Shown here: piece by piece, positions 34,612 to 43,943 of the stretch
Numbering within the stretch: position 1 is the first letter of the stretch
Layout of the letters: each line of letters starts with the position of its first letter
Origin: an uncultured Prevotellaceae bacterium
Lineage (GTDB): Bacteria; Bacteroidota; Bacteroidia; Bacteroidales; Bacteroidaceae
Assembly (NCBI GenBank): GCA_947166305.1
Contig: CAMVDV010000009.1
Span: 11,619-75,618, forward strand
Reading direction: 5' to 3'
DNA length: 64,000 nt
Made by a program: the position numbers and the translations under genes
The notes under the pieces: model-generated
Seen by the model: the letters and a program-made list of their open reading frames with translations, nothing else
Told to the model about the DNA's origin: nothing
The model's database searches: none

Positions 34612-35613
34612 TCGCTCATCTTACTCATCATCGCATTGTTGCTGCTTGCCATCGCCAACGTGTTGTGGGGATCGCTCTCCATTCCTGTAGGAGACGTGTG
34701 GCAAATCCTTTGCGGAAGCGAAGTGGAAGGGCATCCGGCATGGAGCGTTATTGTCCGCCAAGGGCGCGTCCCGCAGATGCTGACCGCTCTGCTCACCGGC
34801 TCAGCCCTTGGCACTTGCGGCCTATTGCTGCAGACTGCCTTCCGCAACCCCTTGGCCGGTCCGTCGATTCTCGGCATCGATTCGGGCGCAAACCTCGGCG
34901 TTGCCATCGTATTGCTGATGCTCGGCGGCACAGTCTCGATAGGAAGCATGACGCTCGGCGGGCACTTACTCGTGGTGGTGGCTGCGATGGCGGGAGCACT
35001 CGGCATCATGGCCTTGCTAATGGTGCTGAGCAGACTGCTCCGCAGCCAAGTGATGCTGCTCATCACGGGCGTCATCATCAGCTACGTCACAGGCAGTATC
35101 ATCCAATTGCTCAACTATTCTGCCACGGAACAAGGTGTCCACAACTTCGTCATCTGGGGCATGGGCAACTTCGCCTCCGTCGGCATCGAGCGTCTGCCCG
35201 TGTTCTGTTCGCTCTCCGTCGCCGGCCTGCTGCTGGCTTTGCTGCTCGTCAAGCCGCTCGACGCCCTGCTCTTGGGCGACCGCTACGCTGAGAATCTGGG
35301 CATCAGGATAGGCTATGTCCGGCAGATGCTCCTGCTCGTCACTGGTCTGCTCACTGCCACTACGACCGCCTTCTGCGGCCCCATTTCGTTCATCGGCCTT
35401 GCCGTACCGCATCTGGCCCGCCTTGCACTCGGCACATCGAGCCACAGAACCTTGATGCCCGCCACGATGCTCATCGGGGCAAACCTCGCCCTGATGTGCA
35501 ACCTGCTCAGCGCTTTGCCACGCGACGGCAGTCTCATCCCCATCAGCGTCATCACCCCTCTCATCGGAGCGCCCGTCGTTCTGCACGTCATACTGAAGCA
35601 AAGAACCAGTTAA
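34603..35613 (+). CDS. FecCD/BtuC-family ABC transporter permease
   Basis: Multi-TM protein with typical FecCD motifs (AFRNPLAGPSILGI, ISFIGLAVPHLARL). Confidence 0.9.
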   Translation: MKRSLILLIIALLLLAIANVLWGSLSIPVGDVWQILCGSEVEGHPAWSVIVRQGRVPQMLTALLTGSALGTCGLLLQTAFRNPLAGPSILGIDSGANLGVAIVLLMLGGTVSIGSMTLGGHLLVVVAAMAGALGIMALLMVLSRLLRSQVMLLITGVIISYVTGSIIQLLNYSATEQGVHNFVIWGMGNFASVGIERLPVFCSLSVAGLLLALLLVKPLDALLLGDRYAENLGIRIGYVRQMLLLVTGLLTATTTAFCGPISFIGLAVPHLARLALGTSSHRTLMPATMLIGANLALMCNLLSALPRDGSLIPISVITPLIGAPVVLHVILKQRTS

Positions 35614-35615
35614 TG

Positions 35616-35680
35616 TACAATTTAACTATTTACAATTTACAATTTACAATTTACAATTGATTTACTATTTAACTATTAAC
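35616..35680. repeat. Simple tract (TACAATTT)n
   Basis: Reads tacaatttaactatttacaatttacaatttacaatttacaattgatttactatttaactattaac. Confidence 0.9.
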
Positions 35681-35691
35681 AAATCTTACAT

Positions 35692-37284
35692 ATGAAGAAG
35701 CAAATCCTTTCCCTCCTTGTTGCAGCAATGAGCATGACCGCTGCTGCAGAAGTGAACTACCAAGTCGTTCCCCTGCCTCAGAAGATTGAAATCGAGCCGG
35801 GCGGCAAGTTCTTCACCCTCGTCCAGGGCTTGACCGTGGGCTATCCCGCCGATAATGCCTTGATGAAGCGCAACGCAGAGTTTGCAGAAGAGTACTTCGG
35901 CTTCCTCCCAAAAACAGCCGACAAGAAAGGTGCCGACGTGAGTCTTACACTCGGATTGAAGTCGGATAATCCCGATGCCTATGTCATAACAGTCGGGAAG
36001 AAAGGCATCAACATCCAAGGCGCAAGCGAAAGCGGCGTATTCTACGGCCTTCAGACGCTCCGCAAAAGTATCATGAACGAACAAGGCGAGGTTCGACTGC
36101 CCTTCGCAACCGTCAGTGCGGAGCCTCGATTCGCTTATCGCGGCACGGAACTCGACTGCGCCCGACACTTCTTCCCTGTCAGTTTCGTCAAGAAGTTCAT
36201 CGACATCCTTGCCCTCCACGGCATCAATCGCTTCCATTGGCACTTGACGGACGACCAAGGCTGGCGCTTCGAGGTGAAAGCCCTTCCCGAACTGGCTGAG
36301 AAGGCAAGCGTTCGTCCCCACACCATCATCGGCAGGAATGTTGGTCTCGCCGACCCTTCCAATGCCATCTTCGATGATACTCCCGAAACAGGATACTACA
36401 CGCAGCAGGAACTCCGCGACGTAGTGCGCTATGCTGCCGAACGCTTCATCACCATTGTCCCCGAGATTGACCTGCCAGGCCACATGGTGGCGGCGCTAAG
36501 CGTCTATCCCGAGCTCGGCTGCACAGGCGGTCCGTATGAAGTTTGGTGCACATGGGGCATTGCCGACGACGTGCTCTGTGCAGGCAACCCCAAGACGTTG
36601 GAGTTTCTCAAGACCGTCTATGGAGAACTTTGCGACGTCTTTCCCGGCGAACTGATTCACATCGGAGGCGACGAAAGCCCGCGTGTTCGGTGGAAGTCTT
36701 GCCCCAAGTGTCAGGCAAAGATGAAGGAGCTTGGGCTCGAGAAAGAGGCTCAGCTGCAGACCTATATAAATAAGGAGATGGAATCCTTCCTCCAGAAACG
36801 CGGACGACAGATTATTGGATGGGACGAGACGCTGGAGGGCGGACTGAGCGAGAAGGCTGCCGTGATGAGTTGGCGTGGCTATGAAGGCGGCAAGGCTGCG
36901 GCCAAGCTGCATCATCATGTGGTCATGACGCCCACCTCACATTGCTATATCGACTATTATCAGCTCAAGAATACCAATGCCCAGCCCCTTGCCATCGGTG
37001 GATACCTGCCCTTGAGCAAAGTTTACAGCATGGAGCCAGTCCCAGCAGACTTGACCGACGAGGAAGCCCAGTACATCATGGGGGCGCAATGCAATCTCTG
37101 GACGGAATATGTCGTCAGCCCTGACCACGCCGAGTACATGCTCCTGCCGCGTCTGGCAGCCATGAGTGAGGTGCAGTGGCTGCAGCCCGAGGCAAAGAAC
37201 TACGAGCAGTTCCTCGGCAGACTGGAAGGCTTGAAGGGATGCTACAAGAAGCTTGGCTACAAGTATTGCACGGGAAACGAATAA
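35692..37284 (+). CDS. Beta-N-acetylhexosaminidase (GH20)
   Basis: Signal peptide; RGTELDCARHFF, HWHLTDDQGWR, HIGGDE. Confidence 0.9.
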   Translation: MKKQILSLLVAAMSMTAAAEVNYQVVPLPQKIEIEPGGKFFTLVQGLTVGYPADNALMKRNAEFAEEYFGFLPKTADKKGADVSLTLGLKSDNPDAYVITVGKKGINIQGASESGVFYGLQTLRKSIMNEQGEVRLPFATVSAEPRFAYRGTELDCARHFFPVSFVKKFIDILALHGINRFHWHLTDDQGWRFEVKALPELAEKASVRPHTIIGRNVGLADPSNAIFDDTPETGYYTQQELRDVVRYAAERFITIVPEIDLPGHMVAALSVYPELGCTGGPYEVWCTWGIADDVLCAGNPKTLEFLKTVYGELCDVFPGELIHIGGDESPRVRWKSCPKCQAKMKELGLEKEAQLQTYINKEMESFLQKRGRQIIGWDETLEGGLSEKAAVMSWRGYEGGKAAAKLHHHVVMTPTSHCYIDYYQLKNTNAQPLAIGGYLPLSKVYSMEPVPADLTDEEAQYIMGAQCNLWTEYVVSPDHAEYMLLPRLAAMSEVQWLQPEAKNYEQFLGRLEGLKGCYKKLGYKYCTGNE

Positions 37285-37340
37285 AAAGGTGAAAAGGTTA
37301 AAAAGTGAAAAGGTGAAAAAGTGAAGAGTGAAGAATTTGC
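37284..37340. repeat. Simple tract (GTGAAAAG / GTGAAGA type) spanning the GH20 stop and the ATPase GTG start
   Basis: Reads aaaaaggtgaaaaggttaaaaagtgaaaaggtgaaaaagtgaagagtgaagaatttgc. Confidence 0.9.
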
Positions 37341-38121
37341 TGCCGCCAGGGGGCAGAGTCCCTTCCCCTTCGAGGGAGGTCGGGAGGAGGCCGGTTCTGT
37401 TGAGCTACGCCATCTCACCGTTGGCTACAGCCAGAGAGCCGTTCTTTCCGACATCAACCAGACGCTCCGGCCTGGCCGAATGGTCAGTCTGCTCGGGTCG
37501 AATGGTGTGGGCAAGAGCACGATTCTGCGGACGCTGTCGGGCTTCCAGCCGCCCCTTTCGGGCAAAGTGATGCTCGACGGCCGCGACCTCTCTGCTCTTT
37601 CTCTCTCTGAACGCAGCAAGACTGTCTCCGTGGTGCTGACCGAGCGTGTGGAGGTGCCGTACATGCGGGTCGCAGACCTCGTCGGCATGGGCCGCTCGCC
37701 CTATACAGGCTTCTTCGGAACTCTGACGGAGGCGGACAGGGAAATCGTTCGGGAGGCCATCGATATGGTGGGAATTAGCAGCCTTGCCGAGCGAACGGTG
37801 GACACACTGAGCGACGGCGAGCGGCAGAAGGCTTTGCTTGCCAAAGCGCTGGCACAGCAGACGCCGGTCATCCTCCTTGACGAGCCGACGGCTTTCCTTG
37901 ACTTCCATGCCAAGCTGTCCACGATGCGACTGATGCAGAAACTTGCCCACGAGACGTGCAAAGCCATCCTGCTGAGCACGCACGACGTGGGGATGGCCCT
38001 GCGGCTGAGCGACGAACTGTGGGTGGTGCAAGACGGTGTCATACACGCCGGCACGGCCGATTCGCTGCGAGCTGACGGTACGCTCGATGCCTTTCTGAAG
38101 GGCGAAGACAAGTACGTCTGA
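37321..38121 (+). CDS. ABC transporter ATP-binding protein (FecE/BtuD-like)
   Basis: Walker A GSNGVGKST, signature LSDGERQK, Walker B ILLDEP. The only in-frame start upstream of Walker A is GTG at 37321, which gives a ~25-aa repeat-derived leader. Confidence 0.85.
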   Translation: MKSEEFAAARGQSPFPFEGGREEAGSVELRHLTVGYSQRAVLSDINQTLRPGRMVSLLGSNGVGKSTILRTLSGFQPPLSGKVMLDGRDLSALSLSERSKTVSVVLTERVEVPYMRVADLVGMGRSPYTGFFGTLTEADREIVREAIDMVGISSLAERTVDTLSDGERQKALLAKALAQQTPVILLDEPTAFLDFHAKLSTMRLMQKLAHETCKAILLSTHDVGMALRLSDELWVVQDGVIHAGTADSLRADGTLDAFLKGEDKYV

Positions 38122-38147
38122 ACCTCCCGAACACAGGGATAAAAAAG

Positions 38148-38250
38148 TCCGCTCGCGACGCCTCTGATTTTCGCCTGCGACGTTTGCCATCGCCGCACGC
38201 GAAGATTCCCATCGTCGCACGCGAAAATCGGCATCGCCGCACGCGACGTT
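38148..38250. repeat. 22-bp-period tandem array, CGCCGCACGCG family
   Basis: Reads ...cgcctgcgacgtttgccat/cgccgcacgcgaagattcccat/cgtcgcacgcgaaaatcggcat/cgccgcacgcgacgttttc. Confidence 0.85.
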
Positions 38251-38352
38251 TTCAGCCGCCGTCAGCGATGCTCTCCGATGCCGATGGCAACGGCCTTTCC
38301 GAAGGAAGCGAGAAAAGCGCCCGACGCAGCCGCCGAGCCAGCTTCCTGGCCA

Positions 38353-39648
38353 TCAATCCTTAAAGTCCAGTTGCCAGAGTTTCGTGCCGTTACTGCCCTT
38401 GATGAGAATCGTCGTGTCCGTGATAGGCTCCTCCTTCAGGGCGGCCTTCACCTCATCGACGTTGCTGAAACAGCGCATCGTGCCCGTTGCCACCTTCCCG
38501 AACTCTTCGCCTACGAGCCATACGCGCTCCAGGTCCATGCCCATCAACTGCTCCACGATGCGTCGGTGCTCGGTCTGGCTTTCCTTGCCCAGCTCGCGCA
38601 TGTCGCCCAGCACCACCATCTTGTGAGCATCTTCAATAAAAGAGAAGTTCGTCAGGGCTGCCTTCATGCTCGATGGGTTGGCATTGTAAGCATCCACGAT
38701 GAGGCGATTGCTGCCCACTTCGCGCCACTCGCTGCGGCTGTTGGTGGGCCTGTATGCCTCCAGCGCATGGCAAATCTGCTCGGGAGCAATGCCGAAGTAG
38801 CGACCGACGCTGACGGCGGCCCTGAGATTGGCGATGTTGTAGGCGCCCACAAGGTGTGTCTGCACATCGTGCCAAACGCCATCGTCCTCTTCCTTCCACT
38901 GCATCTCGACAAAAGGCACTGCCTGAGCCACACGTCCCTCCACATAGGGCAAGGCATCCTCGTGGAGCGTAAAGCCACGATGCAAGGCCATCTCGAGCAG
39001 TTCCTCGTCGAAAGCATTCAGGAATATCTTGCAGCCACGGCTGTGAAGGTCGTCGTAGAGCTCACCCTTCGTCTGCTTCACGCCCTCGAATCCCCCAAAG
39101 CCCTCCAGATGAGCGCGGCCAACGTTGGTGATCAGTCCGTAGTCAGCTTGCACGATTCGGCAGAGGTCGGCTATCTCACCGGGGTGGTTGGCACCAGTTT
39201 CCACGATGGCAATGTCGTGTTCTGGCTTGATGCGAAGCAAGGTGAGGGGCACGCCGATGTGGTTGTTCAAGTTGCCTTCGGTGTAAAGCACATTCCTGCC
39301 CTCGGAAAGGACGGCGCTGATGAGTTCCTTCGTCGTGGTCTTGCCGTTGGTTCCCGTCACCTGGAGAACCGTACCGCCCCACGCCTTTCGATGATAGGCC
39401 GCGAGTTCCTGCAAGGCCTTCAATACGTCGGGTACAAGAATGAGGCGCTCGTCCTGCTTCGCTACTTCGGGATTATCGACCACGGCAAAAGCACAGCCCT
39501 TGGCAAGAGCCTGCACGGCATAGTCGTTTCCATCGAACGAAGCACCCTTCAGCGCAAAGAAGATGCTCCCTTCGGGGCATTGGCGGCTGTCGGTCGTCAC
39601 CTGCGGATGCGCCTTATACAAGGCATATAAATCTTCTGTTTTCATCAT
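38353..39648 (-). CDS. murF: UDP-N-acetylmuramoyl-tripeptide--D-alanyl-D-alanine ligase MurF
   Basis: VTTDSRQCPEGSIFFALKGASFDGNDYA, VTGTNGKTTTKE. I placed the start at the internal MMKTEDLY because a -7 box lies 21-24 nt upstream. Confidence 0.9.
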   Translation of the reverse strand: MMKTEDLYALYKAHPQVTTDSRQCPEGSIFFALKGASFDGNDYAVQALAKGCAFAVVDNPEVAKQDERLILVPDVLKALQELAAYHRKAWGGTVLQVTGTNGKTTTKELISAVLSEGRNVLYTEGNLNNHIGVPLTLLRIKPEHDIAIVETGANHPGEIADLCRIVQADYGLITNVGRAHLEGFGGFEGVKQTKGELYDDLHSRGCKIFLNAFDEELLEMALHRGFTLHEDALPYVEGRVAQAVPFVEMQWKEEDDGVWHDVQTHLVGAYNIANLRAAVSVGRYFGIAPEQICHALEAYRPTNSRSEWREVGSNRLIVDAYNANPSSMKAALTNFSFIEDAHKMVVLGDMRELGKESQTEHRRIVEQLMGMDLERVWLVGEEFGKVATGTMRCFSNVDEVKAALKEEPITDTTILIKGSNGTKLWQLDFKD

Positions 39649-39668
39649 TATGGTTCGTTTTTCCATTG

Positions 39669-39676
39669 CAAAGTTA
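39669..39676 (-). promoter_or_regulatory. -7 box (TAACTTTG on minus strand) for murF
   Basis: Plus strand reads caaagtta. Confidence 0.5.
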
Positions 39677-39718
39677 AATCTTTTTTCGCAAATCTTTGTC
39701 ATTTATATAAATAATGTG

Positions 39719-39726
39719 TACTTTTG
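39719..39726 (+). promoter_or_regulatory. -7 box TACTTTTG for folP-cdaA
   Basis: Matches TAnnTTTG. It overlaps the ORF-track TTG start at 39724, which is therefore unlikely to be used. Confidence 0.5.
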
Positions 39727-39747
39727 CATGACTTTTTCAAACAAATT

Positions 39748-40563
39748 GTGCTCTCAAGACCATCATACAGCATCAACGTAGGCGGCAAACTGCTCTCGCT
39801 GGAAGTTCCCATCGTGATGGGCATCCTCAATGCTACGCCCGACTCCTTTTATCAGCACGACGAGCAGGCTGATGCCATTCGGCAGCGTGCACGGAAGATG
39901 CTGGAGGAGGGAGCAACTATCCTCGACGTCGGTGCTTGCTCCACGCGTCCAGGCTCAGCACCTGTCGACGAGCAGGAAGAGATGCGTCGCCTCCGCAAAG
40001 CATTGGATGCCATCATAAACGAGGCTCCCGATGTCATCTTGAGCGTCGACACCTTCCGCGCGTCGGTAGCCAGGATGGCGGTCGAGGAGTTTGGCGTGCA
40101 GATAGTCAACGATATCAGCGGCGGCGAGCTTGATAAGGAGATGTTCAAAACTGTAGCAGAACTCGGCGTACCGTATGTCTTGACACATAACAGTCCCTTT
40201 GTCGAAGGGACTTTCCTTCGGGAGATGGGCAGCAAGGCAGAAACGCTTCACGAACTTGGTGTCTGCGACATCATTCTTGACCCGGGCTTTGGTTTCAACA
40301 AGACATTGGAACAAAACTATGCCATCATGCAGAACCTCGAAGTGTTGCACGAACTTGGTTTGCCTCTGCTCGTAGGCATCAGTCACAAGAGCATGATATA
40401 CAAACTGCTTGGCACATCGCCCGATGAGGCTCTGAACGGCACGACCGTCCTCAACACCATCGCATTGATGAAGGGTGCGCACATCCTCCGCGTCCACGAA
40501 GTAAGAGAAGCGATGGAGTGCATCAGGATAACCTCGAAATTAAATATGGTAAATGGTAATTGA
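39748..40563 (+). CDS. folP: Dihydropteroate synthase
   Basis: VMGILNATPDSF, ILDVGACSTRPG, NDISGG. I placed the start at the in-frame GTG at 39748 (uncertain). The last codons (KLNMVNGN) lie in a simple tract. Confidence 0.88.
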   Translation: MLSRPSYSINVGGKLLSLEVPIVMGILNATPDSFYQHDEQADAIRQRARKMLEEGATILDVGACSTRPGSAPVDEQEEMRRLRKALDAIINEAPDVILSVDTFRASVARMAVEEFGVQIVNDISGGELDKEMFKTVAELGVPYVLTHNSPFVEGTFLREMGSKAETLHELGVCDIILDPGFGFNKTLEQNYAIMQNLEVLHELGLPLLVGISHKSMIYKLLGTSPDEALNGTTVLNTIALMKGAHILRVHEVREAMECIRITSKLNMVNGN

Positions 40564-40581
40564 TTAAAATTGTAAATAAAG
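40537..40581. repeat. Simple tract (AAATGGTA/AAATTGTA type) covering the folP 3' end and the folP-cdaA spacer
   Basis: Reads aaattaaatatggtaaatggtaattgattaaaattgtaaataaag. Confidence 0.8.
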
Positions 40582-41361
40582 TTGCCCAACATTAGTTTCA
40601 AAGACATAGTAGACATTTTCCTTGTGGCAATGGCTCTCTTCTATTGCTACAAGCTGATGAAGCAGTCGCGCTCGGTGAACATCTTCTACGGCGTATTGCT
40701 CTTCATCAGTTGTTGGGTCATCATCAGCAAAGTGCTGGAGATGAAGTTGCTTGGCGGCATCCTCGACCAGCTTGTCAGCGTAGGCGCACTTGCCATCATC
40801 GTGCTCTTCCAAGAAGACATTCGTCGCTTCTTCTACTATCTTGGCGCACGCAAACAGGCACATCGCTTCTTGCGCTTCTTCAGGCTCGACAGACACAAGA
40901 ACGTCGGCGAGTTCCGCAACGAACGTGAAACCATCTTCCCCATCGTCATGGCTTGCATGAACATGAGCAAGCAACGCGTCGGCGCACTCATCGTCTTGCA
41001 GAACGACTTGCCGCTCACCGAGTTCATCCGTACAGGCGAGGAGGTCGATGCCAAGATAACACAACGCCTCATTGAGAACATCTTCTTCAAGAACAGTCCC
41101 CTGCACGACGGCGCCATGATTGTCGTGAAGGGACGCATTGCTGCTGCATCGTGCATCCTGCCCATCAGTCACGACCTCGACATTCCCAAAGAATATGGTC
41201 TTCGCCATCGTGCTGCGAAAGGAATCAGCAAAGAGACCGACGCCCTTGCAATAGTGGTGAGTGAAGAAACAGGCAACATCAGTGCCGCATACGCCGATAT
41301 GCTCCGCTCGCATCTCTCTGCCGAAGAACTTGAAACGCTGCTCATGAAGGGAAAGTTCTGA
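40582..41361 (+). CDS. cdaA: Diadenylate cyclase CdaA (DisA_N domain)
   Basis: N-terminal TM helices; GALIVL, SPLHDGAMIV, GLRHRAAKGISKETDALAIVVSEETG. Apparent TTG start. Confidence 0.88.
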   Translation: MPNISFKDIVDIFLVAMALFYCYKLMKQSRSVNIFYGVLLFISCWVIISKVLEMKLLGGILDQLVSVGALAIIVLFQEDIRRFFYYLGARKQAHRFLRFFRLDRHKNVGEFRNERETIFPIVMACMNMSKQRVGALIVLQNDLPLTEFIRTGEEVDAKITQRLIENIFFKNSPLHDGAMIVVKGRIAAASCILPISHDLDIPKEYGLRHRAAKGISKETDALAIVVSEETGNISAAYADMLRSHLSAEELETLLMKGKF

Positions 41362-41438
41362 AGAACGAAGAATGAAGAATTTGCTTCCGCATTGCAAATA
41401 AATAGTAAATAGTAAATCGTCAAATAGTAAATCTCATT

Positions 41439-42452
41439 ATGACATTAATGGAACAAATCATCGCTCGCGCCAAGTCGCAAAAGCAGCGCATCGTGCTGCC
41501 GGAAAGCTTGGAGGAGCGAACCATCACGGCTGCAGACAAAGCGCTGGCAGACGACCTTGCCGACATCATCCTCATCGGCAACGAGAGTGAAATCCTGGCT
41601 TATGCCGATAAGTTGGGACTGAAGTACATCAATAAGGCAACCATCATCGACCCTGCCACAAACCCGAAGACAGAGGCTTACGTCCAGCTTCTCTACAATC
41701 TTCGCAAGAACAAGGGCATGACCGAAGAGCAAGCACGCGAGAAGGTGAAAGATCCGCTCTATTATGGTTGCCTCATCATCAAGAACGGCGATGCCGACGG
41801 ACAGATTTCGGGAGCACTCTCCACCACTGGCGACACGCTTCGGCCGGCACTCCAAATCATCAAATGTGCCCCAGGCATCAGTTGCGTGAGCGGTGCGATG
41901 TTGATGATAACTCAAGCCAAGGAGTATGGCGAGGACGGCGTACTGGTGATGGGCGACGTGGCAGTAACTCCGATGCCCGATGCAAACCAGTTGGCACAGA
42001 TAGCTGTCTGCACAGCTCAGACGGCGCGAAGCGTGGCCGGATTCAAAGAGCCGCGTGTTGCCATGCTCAGCTTCAGCACGAAGGGAAGTGCAAGCCACGA
42101 GGTGGTGGACAAAGTGGTTGAAGCCACGAAGAAGGCTCAGGAGATGGACCCCACGCTTCAGATCGACGGCGAGCTGCAGGCAGATGCAGCCCTCGTGCCG
42201 AGCGTAGGCATGAAGAAGGCTCCCGGCAGTCACATCGCTGGCAAAGCAAACGTTTTGGTTGTACCTTGCCTCGAGGTTGGCAACATCGGCTATAAGCTCG
42301 TGCAACGTCTTGCCGGAGCAGAAGCCATCGGCCCCATCCTGCAAGGCATCGCCCGCCCCGTCAACGACCTCAGCCGCGGATGCTCTGTGGACGACATCTA
42401 CAAGATGATTGCCATCACCGCGTGCCAGGCTCAGCAGGCAAAAGCATGCTGA
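41439..42452 (+). CDS. pta: Phosphate acetyltransferase
   Basis: RIVLPES.EERT, DGQISGALSTTGDTLRPALQIIK, PILQGIARPVNDLSRGCS. Confidence 0.95.
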   Translation: MTLMEQIIARAKSQKQRIVLPESLEERTITAADKALADDLADIILIGNESEILAYADKLGLKYINKATIIDPATNPKTEAYVQLLYNLRKNKGMTEEQAREKVKDPLYYGCLIIKNGDADGQISGALSTTGDTLRPALQIIKCAPGISCVSGAMLMITQAKEYGEDGVLVMGDVAVTPMPDANQLAQIAVCTAQTARSVAGFKEPRVAMLSFSTKGSASHEVVDKVVEATKKAQEMDPTLQIDGELQADAALVPSVGMKKAPGSHIAGKANVLVVPCLEVGNIGYKLVQRLAGAEAIGPILQGIARPVNDLSRGCSVDDIYKMIAITACQAQQAKAC

Positions 42453-42457
42453 AAAAC

Positions 42458-42547
42458 TTTCACATTTCACAATTTTACAATTTCACAATTTTACAATTTA
42501 ACCCGGAACCTGAGACCTCATAACCCGGAACCTGAGACCTCATAACC
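42458..42547. repeat. Simple tract (TTTCACAA/TTTTACAA) followed by 2 x 22 bp (CCGGAACCTGAGACCTCATAAC)
   Basis: Read directly from the sequence. Confidence 0.9.
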
Positions 42548-42561
42548 TTCTTCACTAAAAT

Positions 42562-43752
42562 ATGAAAATACTTGTTCTTAACTGCGGAAGCAGTTCTATT
42601 AAGTATGCACTTTATGACATGGACAGCCACGACGTCGTGACGAGCGGCGGCATTGAGAAGATTGGCTTGCCCGATTCGTTTATTACCGTCAAGCTCCACG
42701 GCGAGAAGCACAAGATGGAGCACCCCATCCGCGAGCACACCGAGGGCGTTCAGCTCATCTTCAAGGTGCTGACGGAAGGCGACTATGCTGTGCTTGGGAG
42801 CCTCAGCGAGATTGATGCCGTGGGCCATCGCATGGTGCATGGAGGCGAGAAGTTTAACCAGTCGGTGCGCCTCACGCCCGAAGTGATGGAGGCCTTTGCC
42901 GAGTGCAACGACTTGGCACCCTTGCACAACCCTGCCAACATTAAAGGTGTGAACGCAGTCAAGGCGCTTTTGCCCGACATTCCTCAGGTGGGTGTGTTCG
43001 ACACCGCTTTCCATCAGACCATGCCCGACTACGCTTACATGTACGCACTGCCTTACGAACTCTACAAGAAGTATGGCGTGCGTCGCTACGGTTTCCACGG
43101 CACGAGCCATCGCTACGTCAGTCAGCGCGTCTGCGAGTTCCTTGGAGTGAAGCCCGAAGGCAAGCGTATCATCACTTGCCACATTGGCAACGGAGCCTCG
43201 ATTGCTGCCGTGAAGGATGGCAAGTGCATTGACACTTCGATGGGACTGACGCCTCTCGAGGGTCTCATCATGGGCACACGAAGCGGCGACATTGATGCCG
43301 GTGCCGTCACTTACCTGATGGACAAGTTCCAACTCGACACGCATGGTATCTCCGACCTTCTGAACAAGAAGTCGGGACTGGCAGGTGTGAGCGAGCTGAG
43401 CAGCGACTTCCGCGACATCCTGGCAGGCATCGCAGCCGGCAACGACAAGGCTCGTCTGGCAAAAGAGATGTACACGTATCGCATCAAGAAGTACATCGGA
43501 GCCTACGCAGCCGCTATGGGAGGCGTCGACATCATCCTCTTCACGGGCGGAGCAGGCGAGAACCAATGGGAAGTGCGCGAGGGCGCGACGACCGGCTTGG
43601 AGTATATGGGCGTCAAGATGGACCAGGCGCGCAACCGCAGTTGCCGTGCCACGGAAGCCATCCTCTCGGCCGACGACAGCAAGGTCACCGTTTGCTGCAT
43701 TCCCACGGACGAGGAGCTGATGATTGCCCTCGACACTCAAGCGCTCTGCTGA
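42562..43752 (+). CDS. ackA: Acetate kinase
   Basis: MKILVLNCGSSSIKY, GHRMVHGG, RRYGFHGTSH, FTGGAGEN. Confidence 0.95.
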   Translation: MKILVLNCGSSSIKYALYDMDSHDVVTSGGIEKIGLPDSFITVKLHGEKHKMEHPIREHTEGVQLIFKVLTEGDYAVLGSLSEIDAVGHRMVHGGEKFNQSVRLTPEVMEAFAECNDLAPLHNPANIKGVNAVKALLPDIPQVGVFDTAFHQTMPDYAYMYALPYELYKKYGVRRYGFHGTSHRYVSQRVCEFLGVKPEGKRIITCHIGNGASIAAVKDGKCIDTSMGLTPLEGLIMGTRSGDIDAGAVTYLMDKFQLDTHGISDLLNKKSGLAGVSELSSDFRDILAGIAAGNDKARLAKEMYTYRIKKYIGAYAAAMGGVDIILFTGGAGENQWEVREGATTGLEYMGVKMDQARNRSCRATEAILSADDSKVTVCCIPTDEELMIALDTQALC

Positions 43753-43793
43753 AAACAGTCGGCCGAGCCATCGTCCCGAGTCCTTCGGGCGAA

Positions 43794-43873
43794 CGCGACA
43801 CGTTTAATTCGACAACTAAACACGTTTAGTTCGCCAACTAAACACGTTTAGATTGCCAACTAAACGTGTCGCG
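43794..43873. repeat. 22-bp-period array (CTAAACACGTTTAGTTCGCCAA family) with inverted outer ends CGCGACACGTTTA / TAAACGTGTCGCG
   Basis: About 3.6 units. Same family as the second half of 24841-24980. Confidence 0.9.
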
Positions 43874-43943
43874 TTTGGCTATGCTTTTGGTTATGACTTT
43901 CCCTTTTTCATGAAAAGCGTCCGCATCAAATCGATTTGGGGAG

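Noticed and set aside
38278-43740. Long antisense ORFs opposite murF (450 aa), cdaA (277 aa), pta (341 aa) and ackA (421 aa). The same applies to the ORFs at 48594-50573 opposite the M13 peptidase and 61579-62943 opposite GH2.
   Set aside because: These are shadow ORFs. In each case the opposite strand encodes a protein with unmistakable family motifs.
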